A DNA stretch of 62,058 bases, counting the filler, from Choristocarpus tenellus KU-1152 (taxonomy: Eukaryota > Protista > Phaeophyceae): the NCBI GenBank assembly GCA_964200185.2. It is 12 parts of 12 records of this genome, joined end to end, with 100 filler letters (N's around TTAATTAATTAA, not from the genome) between each part and the next. Parts side by side here need not be neighbours in the genome. Positions count along the whole stretch, not along the records: positions 1 to 4,620 come from CAXNAD020013764.1; positions 4,721 to 9,280 come from CAXNAD020014008.1; positions 9,381 to 13,688 come from CAXNAD020015187.1; 9 more parts are not named here. One strand, written 5' to 3'. Position 1 is the first letter of the stretch. Each line of letters starts with the position of its first letter. This document shows positions 1-11,772 of the stretch, piece after piece. Position numbers and translations under genes: made by a program. Below the pieces are notes generated by a model. It saw nothing but the letters and a program-made list of their open reading frames with translations, ran no database searches and was not told the DNA's origin.

Positions 1-387
1 CACCCCACCATGACACACTGGTGATTCTAAACACCCCCCACGACTGATTGGACCCTGCCTAACGCATTCAATATTATTATGAGTCACTCGCACATCAAAA
101 CAAGAAAACAATCTTTCCTCCATGCTTGGCCAATAAACGCACAATATGTTCTCTAATACTATATCTCTAAACCCACGTCATTGTATTATATTTTTATTAT
201 TACTATGTTCTTTGACATTTTGTAGATGTGGCTCGGAAAATCAATGAAAAGTCAGTTCAATATCAGAGGAACTAAAAAAACCATCTTCCAAAGAAGGTAT
301 ACCCTGAAGGTAACCTATCTCGAAGAATCTGATATTCATATGACATTTGTTCTTGCATGTTAAAGGTCACATCTGCTTGAAGTAAGA

Positions 388-481
388 GCGGGTGGTTTGA
401 GGGTTGCAAACCCCTCTCATTCACTTACCACTTCTCTCCTTTCCCGTGTATTCTTCTGAGGGATTGCTCTCCCGTTTCACA
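388..481 (+). mobile_element. 3' part of a putative LTR (ends ...CCGTTTCACA)
   Basis: Homologous to 26905-27026; both copies end in CCGTTTCACA. Here it is followed after 1 nt by a TGG-starting PBS. The 5' end of the LTR is not defined. Confidence 0.6.
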
Positions 482-482
482 G

Positions 483-552
483 TGGCGACGACGAGAGGAT
501 TCGAACCTGCGCGCGGGAGTCGCAATTGATTTTACTCAATCATCTCTATCAC
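483..552 (-). pseudogene. Partial, degenerate tRNA-Ser copy with encoded CCA (extended primer-binding site)
   Basis: The reverse complement reads ...ATTGA-GTAAAA-TCAAT (anticodon arm), GCG-ACTCC-CGC (long variable arm), GCAGG-TTCGAAT-CCT (T arm), GTCGTCG-CCA (G73 discriminator). The 5' acceptor strand is missing. Confidence 0.75.
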
Positions 553-1619
553 AAAACACTTGAAAAAGTAACAGTTGTCATAAATGTGAAGGATATTTTC
601 AATTTACTATTTGAATAACAGTTAAGTTACACCATTCCCACGTCATCAGAAATGTAAAATATGTTGCAACATATTATTCAAACCTCTTCACTGATGTTAA
701 AATTTCGAACCCTAGAAACAAAAAGTATAATAGTTCCAAGTATAAAATATAATATGATGCCTTCCATTATTTTGGAGATATGTTTAGGAAGATGCCAAAC
801 TGTTGACAAAGTAACAATATTTGTATTTGAAGAAGATATTACCTCTATGAAATCAATTTACTATTTGAATATCATCAATACAATAATAAAAATATATTAT
901 AGGAAGTAGACAGAGGGGTTTGTTTGACTCACAATGGATCTTTTTCCTTCTTTTTCCTTCTTTTTCAATATTTTTTCTCTTAGCATTTCTTCTATTCTTT
1001 TAGCTGTGTTATTTCTATTTTGTATTATTTCTTCCCCTTCCTCAACCGTTCTGTATTGCCTTCTTTGTATCACTTTTTCGATGAAGCTTCTTAAGTTCCC
1101 TCACAGTATTGTGATGGCAATATTACTATTAATATATATAATATCAATTATCACTATTACACTTTTCGACGAACGGTCTGGAACCCCCCATACCCTACAC
1201 AGATGTGTAGTATAATAAGAACCATACTGATACAAAAATAATCGGTCTCTTGATCATTGTTATCAAAGTTGAACTTGCTTTACAGAGAACACGTTCAAAG
1301 TGCCAATTGTCGTTTTGAAATATTTATTCGAGAGGTCGAATATCTGTATAGTGTCTGTTTCTTGTTAGAGAACAGAATAATACAATTACAGAAGTGCAGT
1401 ATCACTTCTGTTTTTTCTGATCTAGAACGTTTTGTGACCTACATATTTTATTATTATGCCGTCTGACATTTTGGATGTGTCAATTAAAGATGTGTCAATG
1501 AAAACTATATATATACATGTCAATATTAGCCCTAAAGAAATATAATATCCTAAACATAACAACTCTATAAAACATTGTAAGTGTGGAAACTTTGTCACCT
1601 ACATAATATGATACAGTGA

Positions 1620-1669
1620 CACATATTTTATTATTATGTGCTCTGACATTTTGCAGATGTGTCAAGGGA
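1620..1669. repeat. Short interspersed repeat (ACATATTTTATTATTATG..CTGACATTTTGCAGATGTGTCA). Other copies at ~186-229, ~1440-1483 and inverted at ~13817-13863
   Basis: Direct sequence similarity among four copies in two contigs; possibly a transposon end. Confidence 0.6.
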
Positions 1670-3163
1670 TATGTGCTAAACATAAATATAGATTATGTTT
1701 TGGGTCATTCGGTATAATATAAATCGATGTTATTGGTCCTCATTAAGAGAAGAGAAATGAGGTAGTTTGACCGTCCAACTCAAGGAGGTCTCACATTGAA
1801 CAGAACGAACACCAGTTGACAGTAAGTGACTGCACTATATGTCAACTCAACTACAGTGGCAGTCGATCAGGATTTCAATATACGAAGTTGTATAACTGAT
1901 TAACTATGGTATTCACTGCTTGTTCGAAGAGAAAACGGAGAGATGAATCAAGGACTTCTCGCACGCACGAGAATTTGTACGCCCCTCTCGAGCTCCACAC
2001 TGACCTTACGTCCTTCCTTCAGGTTAGAAGAAAAGGACCTTCCTCCTTTGGTCACGAATATATGCAATGCCCAATGCCCACGTCTCATACATTTCTGCCA
2101 CTCTATAAAAGTATACTCGTCAGCCTCCATCCATGCCTCTTGATCGACCTCTGCCCACACCCAAGTGTTGTAGAGTGTTGGGCACCTCATATGCGTTGCC
2201 AACTCTCATTTTGTAGTTTGCTATTTTCGTACGTACTGGATCGCTTTTCTTATTGTGAACTCAGGCTTTCGTGAAGTTCAGGAATGCCTCTTTGCCCAAA
2301 GGGAGTCCCCAGGGCCCACGGGATGCCATCCATATGTTGGCCCAGGTCGGTTGAAACTTGGACTATTTATTGGGAGCAAATAACGGTATGCTATCCAACA
2401 ACGCAAAAGTCTGTAGCGTTGGATGTGAAAAGTGAAGGGTTAATCTTTAGTCGAATATGTTGAACTACTATACAGTGAAGCAAGGATACGATTCGAGCCA
2501 AAAAATAGTTGTTTGGATTATGTATTTTGAGCTACTTGTTGCTCTTCTCCTAAGTCTTTCTATGAGGGAGTCACGACTTCAGTTGGAGTGGGGTCCCAAC
2601 AATGTTTAATTAAGTGTTAGCCATGGTGCACATTTTAGGCAAACAAGGAAGTTGCATCGTGTTGAAGGTGCTGAGGGCACAGAACAGTGGAAAAGGATGT
2701 GGGGGACACACTGATTTATACGCTAACATCATTAACGACCCAAATATTCAACTCTCCCCCCCTTCGCTTGCTTAACCACAACGCAAGCAGCAATTCCAGC
2801 TCAAATGTTTTCAGAAGGAAGGAATCTGGCAGGACAAAAATACTACCCTGGACCTCGGTAAGAACCTTGATCCCAATTCCTTATGAAGGTTAAATTTCCT
2901 GGACAGGTGTAACCTATTTTGTTGTCCTAATTTCTCCCTTTGTCTCAACCTGATACTCTTTCGCCCCTGTCCTGCATCACATACGCACAACGAAACACCA
3001 AAGACACACACAGCTCGAAGATCACCTCCCCGCTCCCTTAAAAATCGGGTAATACCTTGAGTCATAGGACTAAGGAAGACATCATTTTGGTTCCAAATCA
3101 TCAACCAAACACCACACTGTCACCTGGCATTTGCACTCATCACATTGAGATTACTTTCACACA

Positions 3164-4089
3164 TTGCAAGCTACAGAGAAGGCAATCAAGTGCTTGGAGG
3201 ACCAAGCTACCGAGCTGCAGAGAATTAGAAAGTTGGAAGACGAAATGCGGGAAGACACGCTGGAGTCTTTTTGGAACAGATTGGGAGTAACAAGTGGGGA
3301 GAAGGAGAACAAAACTGCTCGCATGACGGAGAAGAAGAAAACCAGTGGCTGGAAGCACAGCAGTGATAACTTGCATAAGCCTACCAGGATAACGATTCGT
3401 ACTGCAAGAAGCAAGGGGTGAGTTGTAACCTGTGATCGATATATTGTGTGTGCCTATGTTACTCGGAGTGCTGGCAGGAGAAGAAGAGTTACCTTTGCAC
3501 GAAAAAAATATACTCTGATTTCTTTTCATGGGATAATGATAGTGTTGGAGTCTCTTAACGGACATTTGCCTTTTGTTAGTGCTTGATTACCAGGTAGAGT
3601 ATTGCTACCTTTTCATGTCATTCAAGTATATCTTTGTCTAATAGTTTATGGATATATGTAAGTGCATCTATTCAACGTGAATCTTGATTGATGAATACTC
3701 TAAATCAAATTGTAGGTGCAGAAGTTGCATCCTGCTAAAGAAACAAAGTACTGCGAGCTCAAAAGCAAATAATATTTATTTTTCCATTGGCAGTTATAAA
3801 TATGCAACAACAAAGGCCCTTGAGGTTTGGTTTCTGGAACACAAGGATGACCCCTACCCTAGTCAGGACGAGAAGGAGAAGCTTGCCCGTTCTGTTGGAC
3901 TGTCCAACAAACAGATGTGAGAGGGTAGGGACTTCTGCTAATGGGAGTGGGCATGGTATGTGTTGTGCGGGTCCTTCGTGGCCACCAAGAAAACAAACTT
4001 GGACAATATATGTACTTTTTTTATTCGTTAGATTATTCACACCTGTCCATCACAGGTTTTTGGGCATGAGGAATATCAAATGTCTCTGA
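3164..4089 (+). pseudogene. TALE-class homeodomain gene, probably decayed (homeobox exon ~3794-3922; upstream coiled-coil exon 3164-3417)
   Basis: ATTKALEVWFLEHKDDPYPSQDEKEKLARSVGLSNKQ has the TALE WFxxH..PYP..EK..LA...GL...Q signature. Helix 3 is interrupted by TGA, and a degenerate (W)FLGMRNIK follows the CAG acceptor at 4055. Confidence 0.65.
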
Positions 4090-4532
4090 AGCCAAACATA
4101 TGTCCAAATATATATATACACAATACCTCAAGACAGAAACCTTCATGCACTGCATCATAGCATCATTCAGAGTTGCATTGTGTATTGAATATTTCCCACC
4201 ATCTGTCGATTCCCACGGTACAGCAGTGGTCTATTGCGTGCTTTGACAAGTAAAGTGTTGCCATATTTTTTTGCTTTGTATTTTTTTGTTTGTACATCAC
4301 TTGCCATCGTTTTGAACCGCTGATATTTCTCTATTGCAGACAAATAGGGTGCCTTTGTAAATTTCCCACGCAACTCCTACCTCATTACATGTACCCACTG
4401 CAAAAAGCAGCCCTGATGTTGGAAATCAGGAGGAGCTGAGCTAACCCTATGACATGGTTGACCTATCTATACTGTGTTTCTGGTAATTCCTCAGAGTCAA
4501 GTTAGCCCTACACTACATCATACGTATATATG

Positions 4533-4620
4533 GGGTCAAAGTATCTGGGGGGGGGGTGGTGGTTTGTGAGTGGGTGTCCGTTTCGGTCAAACAACTTTTG
4601 TTTTTGCTGACATTTCAAAT
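4533..4620 (+). mobile_element. MITE family B terminus (GGGTCAAAGTATCTGGGGGG...GTGAGGGGGCGTCCGTTTCGG). Further copies at 33012-33154 (near full length), 37079-37124 and ~56357-56490
   Basis: Shared terminal and subterminal sequence across four contigs. Confidence 0.75.
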
Positions 4621-4720
4621 NNNNNNNNNNNNNNNNNNNNNNNNNNNNNNNNNNNNNNNNNNNNTTAATTAATTAANNNNNNNNNNNNNNNNNNNNNNNN
4701 NNNNNNNNNNNNNNNNNNNN
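4621..4720. other. Artificial contig linker (N44-TTAATTAATTAA-N44). Identical linkers at 9281-9380, 13689-13788, 17480-17579, 28700-28799, 32866-32965, 37125-37224, 43690-43789, 48610-48709, 51494-51593, 56531-56630
   Basis: Exact 100-bp spacer with a six-frame stop cassette, repeated 11 times. A separate 10-N gap lies at 34702-34711. Confidence 0.98.
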
Positions 4721-4867
4721 CTACACCAGAGTGTTCATTTGGACCCAACCCAGGAAAAGTGCACTTTCATTATACATCTAAGGAATGGGACCAAATCACC
4801 CAAAATCACGACATGAAAAAATTGGTCCCAAATGGACAGCCGCCAACCCCCCCAGATACTTTGAGCC
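4721..4867 (-). mobile_element. MITE family A (partial). Other termini at 9381-9429, 17416-17479, 28646-28699, 28800-28822, 37225-37318
   Basis: Reverse complement of the full copies at 16759-16937 and 34469-34728; ends CCCAGATACTTTGAGCC. Confidence 0.85.
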
Positions 4868-6138
4868 TTTGGGAACAATTCAGAGTGCTTTGGACCTTCC
4901 ATAACATCAAACCCTCGTATCTATAGACCACTAGTAACGCTGAGATGAAAACGCAACACACACAAAGTATTGGAACCTACTCAGTCAAGCACTCAAATGA
5001 TTTCATAAGCAACATAGACGATGTTTCGAATCTGATTTTGATTTGTTGCAAGTACCAATGGCCGTTTATTTAGCACCTTCTACTACTCAACAGGATATAT
5101 GCAGACACCCTACAAGTTTTGGTAGTATTCAACGATATGCAACAAAATCCACTCTTCTCCTATCAATTCAAAATAATGCACCTAGGAAAAATCCTGATTG
5201 AGACCATATATCTCTGCCATCAACTTGCCACTGTGCACACTAACCGTTTCATAAAGGGAGGGCAGGACATCACACCTGAGTCAAGCCACAGTAACAAGAC
5301 TGAGGTTGGAAGTGCATGTTGATCTGTATTGGAAACATGAAGTAAAGCAGAACATACAGCGGAATGATAAAGGAGGGACGGGGACAATTGATGACGGATG
5401 AACCTGAATCATCTCTCCAATCACTACATTCCCAATCTTGATACATGTCACACTATTGGTATCACATCCTAACAGGTCAGCCCTGCCAAAGTAAGAGATG
5501 CGGGTTTTAGCTGGGACTGCTGACTGTGCAAATACAGGCACCCAAGAATCTGAAAGAAAAAGGTTTGGTAATCATGAGTTTCTTATGACATTTCCTACAG
5601 AATGACCATTATCAGCTGGTTGTGCTTACCAAGAGCTGTCATACCCTACCTATTTGACCTAGTCAACACATAGCAAAACAATTGCCTTCTGGTCTCTCAT
5701 CTCAACACTATCCTTTAATGGACTTTAGTTTGCTAATTGAAGATATGAGAAAAACTATCCTCAAATCCAGCTCAGAAGTGACATGATCTCCGAAAAAATT
5801 CTCCTTGCTGTAGTCAATACTACATTACCTGTATGGTTCATGTTAATGTGACTCTGGCCATGATAACTCTACAAAACGACAACTGGGCAGTGGTATCTAC
5901 ATCATCTTAACCACACACCAGCTTTACTCCATGCCAACTACACTAACACTGCTCTCATGTCTTTGTCGATAGTCACTACCTCAATCGATCTCATAGTGTA
6001 CAAACCTTGCACTTTCCTTCCTGGTCCATGATCCTTTGTATAGCAGAAACGAAGTGGGCGAATGTTTCTTGTGGATCTGTTTTCGCCAAGGCTGTTCGTA
6101 TTGGTGCAGTCAGCAGGGATGGAGGAAAAGAAGAGCTT

Positions 6139-6450
6139 ACTTGGCGCTTGTTCTTGCGTTGGCACTGGGCTCTCTATCAAACAGTTCAGGCATCTACTTG
6201 TTTGGTCATCATGCTTTTCTCGGCACTAGGCCTTGACAAAGTTGTTCTGTTGCTACATGTCAACCCTGCTGATCCTCTTCTCCTATCCCCCCCGCTCCAA
6301 TTCTTCCCACAGAACTAAATCCCTTTTGGCATGCCCCCTCTTGCTCTCCTCTCCTTCTTCAAGGCCACCCTTTCGGTAAAGACCCACATTTCAACTTGGC
6401 ACTTGTTCTTGAGGTGGCACTAGGCTCTCCATCAAACAGCTCAGGCATCC
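6139..6450. repeat. ~57-bp imperfect direct repeat (6139-6195 and 6394-6450)
   Basis: ACTTGGCGCTTGTTCTTGCGTTGGCACTGGGCTCTCTATCAAACAGTTCAGGCATC vs ACTTGGCACTTGTTCTTGAGGTGGCACTAGGCTCTCCATCAAACAGCTCAGGCATC. Confidence 0.8.
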
Positions 6451-6989
6451 ATGACATGAAGGGACAGCCAGGTAACCCTTCATTTTTCGCCTTTTTATCT
6501 GGCCTACCACTGAGGCATGCATACCGGAGAAGAATCAGGAAGAGGCAACAAAACCACTGCTGCTCAGTGAATTTAACTCAGTATTTAACCGTGGGTATGG
6601 AAATGTTGGATCCTTGGAACAATAACATTTCATCTTGAACGATCGCGCAAAAAATTCCCCCTTCTCTGTACTCCAGATAGCACTGCACATTCACACGAGA
6701 TATATGATCTCTCGCTATCCCTACAGCACGAAAAGCGGACAACCAATGGTTTTCGTTCCTGCATTTTACTGTTTGGCACGGCTACATGGAGAGATTAAAG
6801 CGCGGAATATCGTGTATGTGGTTACTCTTAGAGTGGGGGGGCGGTCTGGTCGTGCGCTCTATATAACCACAAAACATGCCCAAACAGGCATTATGTTGAA
6901 AACGGAGGATGTCAATGCAGGGTTTTTGGTTTATTCCGATCTCCCCATTTAAGCTACAGTACATATACCCACTTAATTTCTATACTCAC

Positions 6990-8230
6990 AGGCATTTGTT
7001 TAGAAATCCTGATAATATGCGCTCCACTGGATCCCGTACAACCACAACCCTGACAATCAGGACAATTGATGGGAGAGCACAGCAAAGGACAGTATGCAGG
7101 GTAGGGTGGGTCCATTGCATCGAGAAAATGTGGCCAGGGAAGCGCAATTGTACTCTATATTCGTCGAATCGGGCGAGGGATCTGTCGTCAGGTTATGTTG
7201 CGTGGCTGGTAGCGATTGGTAAGGATCGAGGATCTGCCGATCGGAGCATGAGATGCCTCGGTGACCCCATACAAGCTCGAGAATCTAATGGTACATGCCA
7301 CGGGGATGTGGTTGTCAACAAGGTCAAGAGATAACCACCCATAATGAAAGGCAAGCACCACCCATGTCGCAATAAACCAGTTTGAAGTTCCAGGGTATCT
7401 TTAGGTCTCTCTACTTCTTACTTGAGCCAAGTGTTGCTGTTCATCGCATTCTCTATTGCTTCAGTTGTTTGATTCGACAGAAGGGTGAGCCCATTCTTGT
7501 GAACGTTGTGCACATTCCCTGTCTCCCAATCCTCTACGTCCGCCATCCATCGCAAAGCTCTACGCCATTCCGCACAAGCCACCTTCCAGGAGACACAAAG
7601 GCATGATGTAATCAGGGACGGGATCCATATTGATTCAAAAGTCGTCAGGTTAGATTCCATCCCAACTGGTGGACATGAACGAAGTTTTTTTGTTTGACGT
7701 CCACCATTAGAACAATGCTTTGTCCGACAACATCATGAAGGTATCAGGTGACAAGCTGCGGCGAAATGTCAACATTTAGATAATTCGTTTGTGCACCTTG
7801 GCGATAGGACAGAAGATGAGTCCATCACTTGATATGGAGATGGCTGGGTCAAGTATCTTGGCTTCTGACACAATGCGTGAAGGTAGTGCGTCTTTTATGT
7901 AGTCACCTGGCATCAACAAATCAATAAGCGTATTGAGCAGCAACCATGTTTCCTGGTAATGCCCGATCATATTACGAGTAACCATTAAGAGCTCTAGCTG
8001 GGTCAGCAGAATAGTGTACCGTACTGACCTGAAGAACTTGAAGTCACCAGGGACGACGAGGCAATGTCTGGTTCTGCCTGGTGATCGGATAATACAAGAT
8101 TTTTGGAAAAGAGGGCAAGGAAGACGAAGAAATACGCAAACATCACTCGAAGGTAAGGAAAAGGACTCCTCAAGTCAGACAATGAGGTAGTACAAATACA
8201 TTCTAAATACAAATCTAGAAATAACATGTT
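6990..8230 (-). CDS. Carbohydrate sulfotransferase (Sulfotransfer_2 type), Golgi type-II membrane protein. Exons ~8230-8029, 7906-7797, 7582-7422, 7049-6990; 3' exons unresolved
   Basis: Splicing joins GLIFCPIAK|VACAEWRR (5'-PSB loop) and WLK|VVVVRDPVERILSGFLNKC (3'-PB motif) across GT-AG introns. A hydrophobic anchor VMFAYFFVFLALF lies near the N-terminus. The start codon is uncertain. Confidence 0.8.
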
Positions 8231-8922
8231 GGGAGTGGTAACAAGGAAAAGACGTCCAGTAAGGATAGAGGTATGAATATGGACCAAGGAAGTATCCAGC
8301 CAGTAATTCTCACATAGAATGGGGAGACCTGAGGTCAACGCACATCACTACACACTCTACTACAGATATATGGGCCTTTCAAAAATGGAACAAATCCTTC
8401 CAATATAAGGACAGCATAATAATAAAACACAAGTCCATGGTCAGTAATCATCTTGGTTACTCTATACATATGATTTGTATACATGTATGACTTACCATTT
8501 TTATTAGTAAGAGTGATTTCTCCCTCTTTGTTGAAAGAGAATTATATACCTTGGTATATTGATTGTATGATATGTTCCTACCTGATATATACAAGTGTTC
8601 GTTGTAATTTGAAAGAATACTTCAATGAAGTTGATATTACTGTAAGAGGAACGAACTTCTACAAATCATATCTTCTACCCTACCTAGTAGGAAGGAATTG
8701 TATTTTTCCAATTTAATAGGAAGAAAAATATCTAGAAATCCACATAGATTTGAGATGTACTCGTGAATAGGCCCCGTGTATGAAGGAGCAGTAGTAGTAA
8801 GGTACAGATATATATATAAATACATATAGATGGATTAATAGGGATTGCTTGGTCCTTCCTCAGTACCTACGTGACATGATGAGCCCGAAAAATGTTGGAA
8901 GAAATCTCAAGTTAGTAGTAGA

Positions 8923-9280
8923 GTGTTTTCCAAAATGAAGTGCCATGCAATCGCCCTTATGCACACAGTGGATCTCCTGACACACGAGGTAACTGCCCCA
9001 AGGCTGGAAAGGGGGACACCAACATTAGGGACCATTAGAGCATCCAAGCTTTTCCACATGATCTCAGGCCTTTTACTGGCAAATGATGGAAAGTTCTCGA
9101 GGGAGGAAAGGTTTGCCCAGGTAGCTTCAGGGAACATCCAAGAGCTAGTCGCATGGCTACTAGAACGATCCCAGAGGACCAATAGACGCAGGGAGGCCCC
9201 TGGAGAGGACCCTAAATCCCGCCAGGAACGTGTTGCAGCTCTGGGTCATCATGGAGGAATCTCCAAGGGAGTGAGTGTAC
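8923..9280 (+). mobile_element. Fragment of a CRE-clade-like non-LTR retrotransposon ORF (region upstream of RT)
   Basis: KLFHMISGLLL...RF.Q...G....L...RQERVAALGHHGGISKG resembles the conserved pre-RT region of CRE/Cnl1/MoTeR-type elements. Truncated by the contig end. Confidence 0.4.
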
Positions 9281-11772
9281 NNNNNNNNNNNNNNNNNNNN
9301 NNNNNNNNNNNNNNNNNNNNNNNNTTAATTAATTAANNNNNNNNNNNNNNNNNNNNNNNNNNNNNNNNNNNNNNNNNNNNTGGCCCCCAAAGCCCCGCCC
9401 CCCCCCCCCCCCCCCAGATACTTTGAGCCTATGGATAGATCAACTTCAAGCAGCAAGTAGGATGGTGGTGTTGGCGGATAGACCAGCTGTCAGCAGGACA
9501 AGCTTCTTGGTTAGTGTTGTAAATTGTGGGAATTGAAATACTACGTTTCAATCGAATTGAAATCGAAATATTTCAAGGGTTATTTGTTCAGGGGAGTTTA
9601 TTTGCTACTTTGGACTGTGTGGACCACACCAACTAGCTCACTAAACACTGAAAAGGGTCCTTTGGCCGTAAGTCCATGGACCGTAAGTGTCCCTGAATAA
9701 GTTTGTTACTCCAGGGACATTGGGAGTGAGGACCTAGATCGTGAGCACGATGTTGACCCATTGATCCGATTTGCTCTCCCACGTGAGAAGATGATGAAAA
9801 GGAAGGTGAAGCAAGGTATTAATATGTCCAATGGCCTGATGTGGCTGAGGTTGCGCTTTCAACTGAACAGCAGAAAGTAATAGTGTGTCAAGGAGAGGAC
9901 AGTAATGAAGTCCACTGGGTCGAGGACTGACATCCGGTGCTTCTTTGAACGTATACAAGGAGGAGAATGCCCAATATACCTGTAAGCTCAGTCTGTTGGA
10001 AATATAAACTTTTTTTTCGAGGTCAGAATCACCAAATTGTGTTATTCAAATCAATGAATAATCCAAAGCTCCAAGTCTGGGCACAGGGAGACTTTTTGTG
10101 AGTTGGAGGAGGGCAGGGAAAAGGACAAAGGCCCTGCATCTGGCAGTGAGTGGCGTGTGAAGTCCCTTTTGAAGGTTAAAACAACAGTGTGGATTATGCA
10201 ATATCCTCCGGCAAAATATTATGACGGACTGTCAGACGAATAAATGTCTGTCAGACATCATGATAAGGTAATGTGTCCATCAGTGTGAAACGAACATGCA
10301 AATAAGAGTACCTTGAAAATATTTTGCATCAGGCGGGGCCTGACAAGGCAGGGGACCTTATCATGCTTTGTGAATGCTCCAACTACAATCAAGTATATCG
10401 AAAAATTCTCAGCTGGTTGAATTTTTTAGGGCCTTTCACTCTACCAGCAGTTAACCAGACCAGGACTGTGGGTCAGTCCGATCACATCTATGATAACACT
10501 GGGCCAACTCTATTTATTACATTTCACGGGGACCAGCCTGCAGCCCAGTCCAGTTGAAACCCTGGGTTAATTAGTATGTTAGTTGAAACGGTCCGGTCAG
10601 AATATGTTGGTGGACCCCCAAAATTGCCCCAAATACATGTGGAAATAGACATGTGTTTTTAAGAATTCCTCAAGCTGCAAATGTTCCATCATCATATGGA
10701 TTTAATTCAAATCTCATCAGTTTCGTACCATGTATTTTTTAATGGGGTCTCAGGTAGGGCAGCGCCCGGGCTAGGTCCAGTTGAAAACCCTGATGTTCCT
10801 GGGCCGACCCTTTTTTTTTTTAATATTTCGCAAGGACTGGCCCCCGGTCCAGTTTCATCAACTTTGTCCAGTCCAGTGGAAAGTCTTGAAGTTTATCTTC
10901 AAAATTTCTTTCGGTTCACTAGAATGTTCTTGTTGGAAGCAATCATTTGTATTTATTGCCAATCTCAACTCACGCAATTCCCCAAAAGGGTGCAAACATA
11001 GCCTCAGACTTCACAATCCCTCTTTGGGTAGTACAGAGTTTGCACACAACATATTCAGGGGAAATCTAGAGTCAGCAATCATAAGTGTTTGCCTCTCTCA
11101 TTTTGCGATAAAATAGCTTATCAGGTGACTGATGATTTGTTATGCAGATGGCATACTTCCAGGCACTCTGCTGTGGTATAGGACTGACAGTTGCTGCTCA
11201 AAGTTTTCAAGGGAAAGGATGATGACCTTGCCTAAATTTCAATGTTCTGTTCCCATTTTGATCTCCACAAACTCCCACAGATTTCACTTTGAAAACTGTT
11301 TGCGTACCAAAGCAATGGGCAAAATTTCCTCCCATTTTTTTTAAATGTTACCTTTTCTTGATTATTCACAAGCACAGCATCCCCGTATTTGTTGGGTGTG
11401 AATGCGGTCTAACTGAGATATGCGCCCAGTCAGTAACTTCATTTCAGCTACGAATCTCCTATTATCATAAAGATACTACAGTTGAGTGAGCCAAAGTAAA
11501 CGAGAGGTACACAGAGCCTTGCATTTAAAGTGTGCTGGCAAATTTCCAAAGTTCAGCTTATTTCTGGATTATGTCGAGAAATTTCTGACAATAAAGATAT
11601 CAACCTTCTCAACTCAATCTTAGTTATCACTTCATACATAGAAAAAAGGGCGGATTGTTAAAGATGGAAAAAGTGTCTCAAAATGCAAAACAGCCAAAGG
11701 CTGGGCACACACAGTTATTGTCATCTACTGTCTAGCACCAAAGAGGTGTCCCATGTATGCCATGCCCTTACC

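Noticed and set aside
1948-2202. 84-aa minus-strand ORF as a gene
   Set aside because: No recognisable motif or splice context.
4665-4676. Recurrent palindrome TTAATTAATTAA as a biological motif
   Set aside because: It is always centred in N44 runs, so it is an artificial six-frame-stop linker. Gene neighbourhoods across it are meaningless.
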